Part shown: positions 13,152-21,369 of the stretch, one piece after another
How positions within the stretch are numbered: position 1 is the first letter of the stretch
Layout: every line of letters begins with the position of its first letter
Source: Fusicatenibacter sp.
Lineage (GTDB): Bacteria; Bacillota; Clostridia; Lachnospirales; Lachnospiraceae
Length of the DNA: 64,000 nt
NCBI GenBank assembly: GCA_017887445.1
Contig: JAGHIA010000009.1
Coordinates: forward strand, 1,615 to 65,614
Reading direction: 5' to 3'
Program-made: the position numbers and the translations under genes
Notes under the pieces: generated by a model
Told to the model about the DNA's origin: nothing
Seen by the model: only the letters and a program-made list of their open reading frames with translations
Database searches by the model: none

Positions 13152-13284
13152 GGACGCGCACCTCAAAAAGGGGATTTATCTTTATCATATGTGACAATCC
13201 CAAAAATCGTGCTTTTCCATGTGTCCCTTTCTTATTCCGCAGGAACCGTTCCGCGGGGCCAACGGATCGCGCCGGGCGGCCCTG

Positions 13285-14487
13285 CTATTCGAGAAACGTC
13301 TCGTGAATGGCGCGCATGGCTGTGTCCGCCTGCTCCTCCTGTACCAGCGCAGTGATCCTGATCTCCGATGTGGTCACCATTTCCGTGTTGATGCCTGCGT
13401 TGGCAAGTGCGCCGAACATTTTCGCCGCAACGCCGGAGTGGGAACGGATGCCCGCGCCCACAACAGATACCTTGGCCACTTTTTCATCATAAGTCAGCTT
13501 TTTGATCCCAAGAGTTTCCGTATGATTGTTCAGAATCTCCATCACACGGTTCAGATCGGTGCGGGCAACGGTAAAGGTGATCGTCTTGGTACCGTCCTTG
13601 CCCAGCGTCTGGATCATGACGTCAATATTGATATTGTGCTGGTCCAGTACGTTCAGCAGACGGAAGGTGCTGTCCGCATCGTTGACGAGTCCCGCGACTC
13701 TTACTCTGGCTACATTTTTATCGGCTGCAACGCCGCTGATCAACATTTTTTCCATCTTCTGATTCTCCCTCACCAATGTTCCCGGATTGTTATTCATACT
13801 GGAGCATACCAGCAGTTCTACGCCGTATTTCTTCGCAATCTCCACGCACCGGCTGTGCAGGACCTTCGCGCCAAGGGACGCCAGCTCCAGCATCTCGTCG
13901 TAGGTAACCTCTTCCATCTTCCTTGCGCCTGGCACGATGCGCGGATCCGCCGTATATACGCCGTCCACATCCGTATAGATTTCGCAGACGTCCGCGTGCA
14001 GTTCCGCCGCCAGCGCCACCGCCGTCGTGTCGGAGCCGCCGCGGCCAAGGGTTGTGATATCTTCATATTTATTGATTCCCTGAAAGCCGGTAACCACAAC
14101 GATTTTGTTCGCGTCCAGTTCCTTGCGGATCCGCTCACAGCTGATGCGCTTCAGCTTCGCGTTCTGGTAATCGGAAGTGGTGTACATGGGCACCTGCCAG
14201 GCATTCAGGGACACAGCGGACACACCCATGGACAGCAGTGTCATTGTCATAAGCGATACAGACACCTGTTCACCGGTGGACAGCAGCATATCCATCTCCC
14301 GGCGGGACGGGTTGGGCGTGATTTCCTTCGCCGTCTGAATCAGGCCGTCGGTTGTTTTTCCCATGGCAGAGAGGACGACCACTACCTGACTTCCCTGGTT
14401 TTTCTTTTCAATACAACGTTTTGCCACGTTGCGGATCTTTTCCAGATCGGCAACGGAGCTTCCGCCAAATTTCATCACGGTCAGCAT
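13285..14487 (-). CDS. lysC: Aspartate kinase
   Basis: 400 aa. MKFGGSSV, LSAMGKTTD, and C-terminal ACT-type repeats. Confidence 0.93.
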   Translation of the reverse strand: MLTVMKFGGSSVADLEKIRNVAKRCIEKKNQGSQVVVVLSAMGKTTDGLIQTAKEITPNPSRREMDMLLSTGEQVSVSLMTMTLLSMGVSAVSLNAWQVPMYTTSDYQNAKLKRISCERIRKELDANKIVVVTGFQGINKYEDITTLGRGGSDTTAVALAAELHADVCEIYTDVDGVYTADPRIVPGARKMEEVTYDEMLELASLGAKVLHSRCVEIAKKYGVELLVCSSMNNNPGTLVRENQKMEKMLISGVAADKNVARVRVAGLVNDADSTFRLLNVLDQHNINIDVMIQTLGKDGTKTITFTVARTDLNRVMEILNNHTETLGIKKLTYDEKVAKVSVVGAGIRSHSGVAAKMFGALANAGINTEMVTTSEIRITALVQEEQADTAMRAIHETFLE

Positions 14488-14846
14488 TTGTTTTCCCCCA
14501 TATGGTCTTGATTTTTTGCACTTCTTACAGTATAGCGAATGGAGGGGAAAAATGCAATTTATTTTCGAAAATTAAAGGCGGGTAAATGCGCACACCCTCC
14601 GCCTGCCCTGCTCCGCTTTCTGGCTTATGCTTGCCCGTTTTCTGACTTACATTTGCACCGCTTTCATCTATCATGTAATAACGGATTTGATTTGCGTTGT
14701 TTCTCCAAGAAAAACGGTTTGGATTTGCGGATTTCCGGTTCCTAAACCGTATGAATTTTCGAAACCCATCCACGGGTGCAGGCTTTTGGCCTTGACTTCA
14801 TATGTTTATGGTCAATCTCCTTTACAGCCAGTGCGGAATTACCTAT

Positions 14847-15047
14847 CTATTCTATGGCCGCTTTAAAACCGCATAATTCCACTGCCGCCTGGAAACTGCC
14901 ATAGTTTTCGATAAAATCTTCTTCTCTGTATTGACCGCCGTTTTGTTTGTATTGGTCATAGGAGATTCGGGGACTATTTGTTTTGCGGCCTGCGCTGTTT
15001 ATGTCGGCAAGCAGCTCGTCGCTGAAGCTTGGATTTTCTTTTTTCAT
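14847..15047 (-). CDS. Small protein with one homing-endonuclease-associated-repeat-like motif
   Basis: 66 aa. ISYDQY...YGSFQAAVELCGF follows the x-Y/F-GS-W/F-xxA-xxx-AG pattern of that repeat. No nuclease domain is adjacent. Confidence 0.35.
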   Translation of the reverse strand: MKKENPSFSDELLADINSAGRKTNSPRISYDQYKQNGGQYREEDFIENYGSFQAAVELCGFKAAIE

Positions 15048-15080
15048 ATGCCACCTCAGGATGTCCGAAAATGAATTGTC

Positions 15081-16604
15081 TTAGTAGTTCCAGTACACGG
15101 TGATCCGCAGGCTTTCCGGGTCCTGGCTGTACTGGTAGGAGGTCTGCGCAAGATCGTATCTGGTGCACAGGTAGGTGGCCGCCTCGTCCATGACCTGGGG
15201 AAGGACGGCGGAAGCTTCCTGGTAGGCTGCTTCGCTGGCGTATTTGAAATCGGACCAACTGTCTCCCCGGTCGATATCCTGCTGCATAAGGGCGAGCATT
15301 TCGCTTTGGGACGCCTGTTCAAAATACCGTCCGTTCCTGCGATAGTATTCCAGCTGGGTGGATGTGCAGGCGGGAAGCGTCAGTCCGGCATCCGGCGTAT
15401 GGGTCCGGTACAGTTCTGTGTCGGGGACACAGAGATAGTCATAATAGGTACGGTTCTGGCTGGCTCCGGTCCCGGCTTCCATTCCCTCGCTCTGCACAAA
15501 CACCGGATCGCCGAAGGTGACGTCCACCTGATAATATTCGCCGTCGCAGGCAACGATATTCCATGCGTGGCTCTGTCCCTGGTTCACTGTTCCGGTCACA
15601 TAGATGCTGTAGATACCGGCCTTTCCTGTCAGATATTGAAACGCTCTGGAGTAGCCGGCGCATACGGAGCGGCGGTTGGCAAATACGCTGTAAATATTCT
15701 GATTGTCGGTGGAGTCCTCCGCGTAGTCGGTCTGGTCCACCAGCCAGTCGTAGAGATAACGGATTTTTTCGTAGGTGCTGCCCTCCGCCGGAAGGCCTGC
15801 AAGACATTGCGCAACGGATTCGTCGATCTGCTGCTGGCGGGCGGCGCGTTCTTCGGAAGCACAGGTGTATTCCGGCCGCACTTCACAGTATTTGAGCGCG
15901 CCGGAATAGCTGGTGGTCTCCACTGTGCCGCTGCACCAGAAAAACTCCGGGTAGTCCATGAACACCCAGGTGCAGATTTCATTGACCGCATCCGGCTCCT
16001 GGCCATGTGTGACGATAACCTCCTGGCCTTCTTTGATCCCCTGTACCAGTTCCCGGTAAATCTGGCGGGATTCCTCGTCCAGAAGGCTGTAATAATATCT
16101 CTGATCCAGTTCTTCCTGGCTCAGCGCTTCCTGCTGAAACTTCCCAATGTCCGAATGAGCGTTGTCCACCTGGTCCTCTGTGCTGGAAACGGAGGATTCT
16201 GTGTTCACCAGTTCCGACTGCTCCACCACTTTTTCCGGCAGTCTCTCCGTGCCGGAACATCCCCACAGCAGCGACACCGCCACAGCCGCGGCCAGCAAAA
16301 ATACCGTCTTCCCTCTGCGGGCAGAGTCCGCCCTGTTTTTCTCATGATCCGGGCTGCTGTTCTTCCTGCTGTCCGCAGAATCATTTCCGGCAGACCCTTT
16401 CACAGATGTATCTGTTCTTCCTATCTGCTCTGTTCTTTTTATGTTTCTCGCTGTTTTTATGCTTTTCGTTCCCTTTATGTTTTCCGTTCTCTTTCTGCTT
16501 CCCATTCTTTTCATTTCTGTTCCCGTGTTTTTTTCCATACTTACGTTTCTGTTCTCGTTCATTTCCTTACTCACCGCCTTTTCCCTCATTCTTACCTCTT
16601 TCAT
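15081..16604 (-). CDS. Transglutaminase-like (cysteine-protease fold) membrane or lipoprotein
   Basis: 507 aa. The core reads CAGYSRAFQYL...SHAWN...VDVTFGD (Cys-His-Asp order). A hydrophobic segment ends LLWGCSG. A basic tail of about 100 aa precedes it. Confidence 0.7.
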   Translation of the reverse strand: MKEVRMREKAVSKEMNENRNVSMEKNTGTEMKRMGSRKRTENIKGTKSIKTARNIKRTEQIGRTDTSVKGSAGNDSADSRKNSSPDHEKNRADSARRGKTVFLLAAAVAVSLLWGCSGTERLPEKVVEQSELVNTESSVSSTEDQVDNAHSDIGKFQQEALSQEELDQRYYYSLLDEESRQIYRELVQGIKEGQEVIVTHGQEPDAVNEICTWVFMDYPEFFWCSGTVETTSYSGALKYCEVRPEYTCASEERAARQQQIDESVAQCLAGLPAEGSTYEKIRYLYDWLVDQTDYAEDSTDNQNIYSVFANRRSVCAGYSRAFQYLTGKAGIYSIYVTGTVNQGQSHAWNIVACDGEYYQVDVTFGDPVFVQSEGMEAGTGASQNRTYYDYLCVPDTELYRTHTPDAGLTLPACTSTQLEYYRRNGRYFEQASQSEMLALMQQDIDRGDSWSDFKYASEAAYQEASAVLPQVMDEAATYLCTRYDLAQTSYQYSQDPESLRITVYWNY

Positions 16605-16697
16605 TGCGCACTGGCTGCGCCAATCAAAAAACCCGCTATAAGCAATGGTAGATCCGGAAGTTTACTTCCAGACTTTCCCTCCGCTTCTTCCGAACCG

Positions 16698-17789
16698 TTA
16701 CGAGAGATACTGTTTCAGAAATTCATACATCTGCTCCTCCGTGGGCGGACAGCCTTTCAGGGAGTGGGTGAAACAGCTGGTACAGCTGCCGATGCCGAGA
16801 CGGCCTGTTTTCTTCCGGTACCCCTGTCCGATGGCGATCCTTGTGTCCAGCTTTTCCAGCAGCCCCTCTTGTTTCAGGCGGTCCAGCGCAGGGATCAGAT
16901 AGCCGTAGCAGGCGCTGCAGGACTCCACCTCCTCCACGGCATCCTGAAGTTCCACGATTTTTCGCTCTCTGGGAAGTTCTGTCTGCTGCTCCGGTTCATT
17001 GAGAGCGCGGATCTCCAGCCGGGAAAGGTCCGCGCTTCCTACGCCAAGTTCCTCGGCCATATGGATATACGGCACTTCCTGCGGCTCATAGTGCAGCATC
17101 CGGCACACATAGGCGTCGCACAGTACCGGGTCCACCGCGGCGATCAGCCGGTTCATCACCACAGGGTTGCCCCCGTCCTCAAAATCCAGGTCTCCGCAGA
17201 TGTTGTCCACCAGGATAAAATCCTGATGAATCCCTGCGTTCAGGTGGGCAATCGGTTTGTGAAGTCCCATCCCGTGAAAATGCCGCTTTTCCCGGTTGGG
17301 GATCAGGCCCTTCATATTTTTCAGCGCACAGGTGATCTTAGTCTGACAGTGGCCCTTCAGCACCGGAAGATTGATCAGGACATCCAGCTGCTTAACGCAG
17401 TCACAGATTTCCAGCTCCATACCGGCACAGTCTTTTGTATGCCAGCCATCCTTCTGGGTATCGATAAACGGGACGCCGTACTCCTGCACAAGACGGCTGT
17501 AGCCGCAGACCTCAAAGGCTTCGCCGGTCCGGTCTCCCACCCAGGAGCCTTCCAGGATCACAAGGTTGTGAAAGCCATGGGCCTGCAGATATTCAATGGC
17601 TCCGGCCACCACCTGGGGATGGGTCGTCGCTCCCCAGGACGCCTCGCTTGGGGATACCAGATTCGGCTTCAGACCGATACGGGCGTCTTTCGACGGGATC
17701 CTTTCGGCAAGATTGGCGGCTTCCAGAAGCTGCTTGGCCATTTCTTTATACTCTGTGCCGTATATCATGATCAGTTCGTTGTCTTTCAT
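16698..17789 (-). CDS. DUF362-like protein with C-terminal Cys cluster
   Basis: 363 aa. IGLKPNLV...HP.VV.A near the N-terminus is typical of DUF362. The C-terminus carries CSACYG and GSCTSCF cysteines. Confidence 0.65.
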   Translation of the reverse strand: MKDNELIMIYGTEYKEMAKQLLEAANLAERIPSKDARIGLKPNLVSPSEASWGATTHPQVVAGAIEYLQAHGFHNLVILEGSWVGDRTGEAFEVCGYSRLVQEYGVPFIDTQKDGWHTKDCAGMELEICDCVKQLDVLINLPVLKGHCQTKITCALKNMKGLIPNREKRHFHGMGLHKPIAHLNAGIHQDFILVDNICGDLDFEDGGNPVVMNRLIAAVDPVLCDAYVCRMLHYEPQEVPYIHMAEELGVGSADLSRLEIRALNEPEQQTELPRERKIVELQDAVEEVESCSACYGYLIPALDRLKQEGLLEKLDTRIAIGQGYRKKTGRLGIGSCTSCFTHSLKGCPPTEEQMYEFLKQYLS

Positions 17790-17869
17790 TGTTTTTCTGC
17801 CTTTCGCTTTTTGCTTTTTCCAGTTTCTTTGATGGTATCATACTTTGCGGTGGGTTACAAGCGGGGAAG

Positions 17870-17965
17870 GGGGCGAAAAGGCGGACGAAAGCAGCGCGGA
17901 GCAGGCGGCATCGTGTGTACGGGGGCGTCTGCCCCGCGCTGCTTTCTGGTTGTGGCTTTTTGCAA
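17870..17965. repeat. Family-D repeat copy (hairpin)
   Basis: GGCGGACGAAAGCAGCGCGG...GGGGGCGTCTGCCCCGCGCTGCTTTC with a perfect 13-bp stem (17887-17899 pairs with 17934-17946). It shares GGCGGACGAAAG and GGGGGCGTCTGC with 46596-47090. Confidence 0.75.
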
Positions 17966-18210
17966 TAGTGTGTACGATTTATGAATTGGCTATGATGAAT
18001 GTTCAAATCATCCCGTGACTTGAAGCGCAAAACTGTATGAAATCAAATCTCTATGTATCGTGAAGTGTGCATAGTCCAGAAACGCTGAACAATTAGGTTT
18101 TATACTGGATTATATTTTGTACAAACATAGAGAAAAGATAGAAAAAAACAGGGATAAATGTTAGAATGTAAATAATAAGTTACGGATTTCACTTTGCGGA
18201 GGTTTGTGTT

Positions 18211-18441
18211 ATGAAAAAAAGAAAGTTCATCATTTTATTAATCATAATCGTGTTTGTGATATTATTGTTCCCTGTCCGTATGAACTTAAAGGATGGAGGA
18301 AGTGTTCGATATAAAGCTTTGGTTTACGAGGTTACCAGGCTCCATCAGCTTTCACCAAATGTCGATGGCGTGAAACCGTACATGGATGGATTTGAGGTTA
18401 AAATATTGGGAAAGACCGTCTATAGAAAGACCAATGAATAA
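18211..18441 (+). CDS. Small hypothetical membrane protein
   Basis: 76 aa. A GGAGG lies 8 nt upstream of the ATG. The N-terminal TM is FIILLIIIVFVILLF. It sits in a visibly AT-rich islet. Confidence 0.5.
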   Translation: MKKRKFIILLIIIVFVILLFPVRMNLKDGGSVRYKALVYEVTRLHQLSPNVDGVKPYMDGFEVKILGKTVYRKTNE

Positions 18442-18447
18442 AGTCAT

Positions 18448-18639
18448 TTACTCCGCCAAGTTGTACTCACAGGAGAGATCGCAGTCAATGAAAAGAATTA
18501 CCGAATGAACGAAAGGCGAAGATACCATTGAAAGTATCTTCGCCATAATAATTCCGCCTGCGGCTGTAAAAAGCACAAGTACAGCGGCTGCCGCCAGAAA
18601 CCGTATCACGCCTGCCGTCAATGTTTTTCCTGTCTGCAC
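18448..18639 (-). CDS. Possible small membrane protein
   Basis: 63 aa with a GTG start 5 nt after the thiE stop. The segment FLAAAAVLVLFTAAGGIIMA is hydrophobic. There is no convincing RBS. Confidence 0.25.
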   Translation of the reverse strand: MQTGKTLTAGVIRFLAAAAVLVLFTAAGGIIMAKILSMVSSPFVHSVILFIDCDLSCEYNLAE

Positions 18640-18643
18640 GTTC

Positions 18644-19273
18644 TCATGCCTTCTGTTTCAGCCGGATGGTTTTCTCCTTCAGTTCCCTGGCGGCCTTTTC
18701 CGGTTCCTCCGCCTTCATAATGGCGCTGACCACACAGATTCCCGCGATGCCTGTCCCCTGGAGTACGTCCATATTGTCCGCGTTCAGTCCGCCGATGGCG
18801 TTGACTGGGACCGGCACGGCTTTGCAGATCTCCTGCAGGGTGGAGACCTTTGTCAGCACTGTTTTTACCTTAGTGGTGGTGGGATAGATCGCTCCCACGC
18901 CAAGATAATCGGCGCCCTGTTCCCAGGCTTCCATGGCCTGCTCCACGGTCTTGGCCGTAGCGCCGACGATTTTGTCCGGCCCGAGGATCCTTCTTGCATC
19001 CGCCACGGGAATGTCGCTCTGTCCCACATGAACCCCTGCCGCGTCCGCAGCTGCCGCCACGTCCACCCGGTCGTCGATGAGCAGCGGCACCTGGTACTGG
19101 TCGCACAGGGCCTTTACCTTCCGCGCCAGCTCCATGTATTCCCTGGCGCTTCTGTTTTTCTCCCGCAGCTGAAGCAGCGTTACGCCGCCGCGAAGCGCTG
19201 CCTCCACCGTCCGGAGAAAGGATTCCTCCGTATGATAACTGCTGTCTGTCACCAGATACAGCGTGGAATCCAT
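18644..19273 (-). CDS. thiE: Thiamine-phosphate synthase
   Basis: Start trimmed to MDSTLYLVTD. Also LLQLREK, DDRVD, VHVGQSD and GVGAIYPTTTK. Confidence 0.9.
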   Translation of the reverse strand: MDSTLYLVTDSSYHTEESFLRTVEAALRGGVTLLQLREKNRSAREYMELARKVKALCDQYQVPLLIDDRVDVAAAADAAGVHVGQSDIPVADARRILGPDKIVGATAKTVEQAMEAWEQGADYLGVGAIYPTTTKVKTVLTKVSTLQEICKAVPVPVNAIGGLNADNMDVLQGTGIAGICVVSAIMKAEEPEKAARELKEKTIRLKQKA

Positions 19274-19289
19274 GTTTTCTCTCCATGTA

Positions 19290-20189
19290 TTACTCATTCC
19301 ACACACTCACCTTTCTGTATGTCTCGATGGTTTTCCAGGTGCAGACGGAGAGCTGGTCCATCAGCCGTAGCTGATACGTTCCGCTTCCTTTCCAGTCCTC
19401 CGCCGCAAGTTCCCCGCTGATCCCGAACATCACGGCTCCGAGAAGCGCCGCCGGAAGCAGCCGCCCTTCGCCAAGCCATGCGGCGGTCAGGGCTGTCACC
19501 ATACAGCCGGTACCGGTGACCGACGCCAGCCGTGGGGAACCGTTGTCCACAAAAAACGTATGGCTTTCATCTGTGATCACATCTGTCTTCCCCGTGGCCA
19601 TCAGAACCGCGTCATGGCGCGCGGCCAGTGTCCGCAGTTCTCTGGCGATCTCATCCCTTGTTTCGTCGCTGACCACGTCCTGGGGCCGGGCGTCCACACC
19701 GCTGACGGCGATGGTTTTTCCCTGTTCCATAGCGCCCAGCACACGAATTTCCGACAGATTTCCCTTTAGAATCAGCGGCGGCAGTCCGTTTTCGTCCGCG
19801 AAGGTTTTCCGCATTTCAAGAAACCCCCGCACCAGCGATCTTCGCAGTCCGCTGCAGCCGATGCCGACCATATCGAGAACGACGGGAATCCTCCGCCTTG
19901 CCGCCTCCTCCCCCGACAGAAGCACAGAGGCCCGCCTTGCGTCGGTGATATTCCCAAGATTCAGCGCCAGAGCCGCAGCCGACGCCGTAATCTCCCGCAC
20001 TTCCTCCGGGTGCTCCGCCATGATCGGCCGCGCGCCCGCCGCCAGCACCACATTGGCGCAGTCGTGGATGGAGATGGGATTTGTGATACAATGGATCAAC
20101 GGTGCCTTTTCAGGCACCGCCTCCATGATTTTTTCCATCTGTTTCCAGATGGATCCTTCCTTGTTTAAATTTTCCAAATGTCCTGTCAT
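19290..20189 (-). CDS. thiM: Hydroxyethylthiazole kinase
   Basis: PLIHCITNPISIHDCANVVLAAGARPIMA and ASVTGTGCM. The start overlaps the thiW stop in an ATGA arrangement. Confidence 0.88.
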   Translation of the reverse strand: MTGHLENLNKEGSIWKQMEKIMEAVPEKAPLIHCITNPISIHDCANVVLAAGARPIMAEHPEEVREITASAAALALNLGNITDARRASVLLSGEEAARRRIPVVLDMVGIGCSGLRRSLVRGFLEMRKTFADENGLPPLILKGNLSEIRVLGAMEQGKTIAVSGVDARPQDVVSDETRDEIARELRTLAARHDAVLMATGKTDVITDESHTFFVDNGSPRLASVTGTGCMVTALTAAWLGEGRLLPAALLGAVMFGISGELAAEDWKGSGTYQLRLMDQLSVCTWKTIETYRKVSVWNE

Positions 20190-20947
20190 CTTGTTTTCTT
20201 TGCTCCCTGTCCGGCTTCTTGCGTGTCATGACCTTTGCTTCTGCTTTCTTTTGTGGCCTTGAAATAGAAGGCTGCCAGCAATTCGATCAGCAGAAATGCC
20301 GCTGCCGGAATACCGATGGTCAGCTCCCCGGTCATGTGCAGGAAATTTCTCATGACCACATACACGGCCAGAAATACAAGAATGCCCAGCACAGCGATCC
20401 CGATGGTGTCCGCCGCGCTGCTCTCCGGCTGCTCCCGCACGGGAGAACCGAGGGTATCCTGAAGCCGCGCCAGCACCTTGGCCTGGTTCAGATACTTCAG
20501 GAACAGGAAGGCCACGCTTCCGCCGATGAGTGTTCCGCAAATAAAGCTTGGCACATAAAACATCCAGGTCAGTCCGGTACGCCCCATCAGTCCGGCCATA
20601 ACCGGATAGGAAACCACCGCTCCGATGATTCCGGTTCCGATCACCTCTCCGAGTACCGCGTAGATCATCCGGCCTTTGGACACACGGTACAGAACTCCCG
20701 ACAAAAATGCGCCGAACACAGCGCCTGTCAGAGCAAGAGGCGGAATCCCCATGAAGGACATTCTGAGGATCCCGATCAGAACCGCGCAAAGCAATGAATA
20801 CCAGGGGCCCAGCAGCACAGAGCAGACGATATTGATGAAATGCGCCATGGGACACATTCCCTCCACCCGCAGGATCGGCGAGATCACCACGCCCAGGGCA
20901 ACCAGCATCGCAAGTAACGTCATTTTTTGCAGCGTATTCTTTTTCAT
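20186..20947 (-). CDS. thiW: ThiW-type ECF S-component (thiazole precursor uptake) with C-terminal extension
   Basis: HFINIVCSVLLGPWY and LGEVIGTGIIGAVVSYP match my memory of the ThiW pattern. About 85 additional C-terminal residues carry two more hydrophobic helices. Confidence 0.7.
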   Translation of the reverse strand: MKKNTLQKMTLLAMLVALGVVISPILRVEGMCPMAHFINIVCSVLLGPWYSLLCAVLIGILRMSFMGIPPLALTGAVFGAFLSGVLYRVSKGRMIYAVLGEVIGTGIIGAVVSYPVMAGLMGRTGLTWMFYVPSFICGTLIGGSVAFLFLKYLNQAKVLARLQDTLGSPVREQPESSAADTIGIAVLGILVFLAVYVVMRNFLHMTGELTIGIPAAAFLLIELLAAFYFKATKESRSKGHDTQEAGQGAKKTR

Positions 20948-20977
20948 TTCTTTTTCCTCTTTTCCGTATATTCTTTC

Positions 20978-21021
20978 GGTCGGTACTCTGGTACCCTCTC
21001 AACCTGGCGCACAGGCTCCCT
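20978..21021 (-). promoter_or_regulatory. TPP-aptamer-like 5-prime half in the thiW leader
   Basis: The minus strand reads GAGGGAGC-ctgtgcgcca-GGTTGAGAGG-gtaccagagtac-CGACC. This parallels GGGAGC-tcgtaggc-GGGCTGAGAGG-hairpin-GACC of the thiC riboswitch. The CCTGAT...GCG-AGGGA half is absent downstream. Confidence 0.4.
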
Positions 21022-21369
21022 CGCTATACAGAAGGGCAGAACGCATCCGCGCTTCGCCCCACTTTCCCGGACTTCCCCAGGGAGCTCCCCCTTTGAAAGC
21101 TGTTTTGACGCAGCGGTCTGGCTTGCTGCCATCCCGCCCGCTACAAAACTTCCGGAAAAGATTTTATGAAGTAATCGTTCCGCCTGCCGCAAAGCGCGCG
21201 ATCATTTCGCAGAACTTAAAGGCTGTTTTCCCGTATCCGTTCAGCCTGTTGTCATCCCGCGAGGTGTTTTCGCGCAGAATGCGCGAAAATCCCGAGGCCC
21301 GGAATTGCATGAACTGCAGTTTCTGTGCATCGCGAAGCGTGCAATCATTCAACAGAGCTTACGGTTGCT

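Noticed and set aside
12528-13166. A skin-type prophage interruption of sigK.
   Set aside because: The reading frame is continuous through all four sigma regions, and no recombinase gene is nearby. Only the 3-prime tandem repeat is unusual, and it is reported separately.
14488-14846. Lysine (L-box) riboswitch or T-box in the 360-nt leader of the aspartokinase gene.
   Set aside because: I could not find the conserved L-box strings (AGAGGTGC, GCCGAAG, GGAGAGC-type closing helix) or a T-box (GGGTGGTACCGCG). The only terminator-like stem before the ATG is weak (4+2 bp with a mismatch). A cmsearch with RF00168 and RF00230 would settle it.
20226-21002. 258-aa alternative-frame ORF overlapping thiW.
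   Set aside because: Its product is Arg/Gly-rich with no motifs, whereas the thiW frame shows a conserved ECF S-component pattern and translational coupling to thiM.
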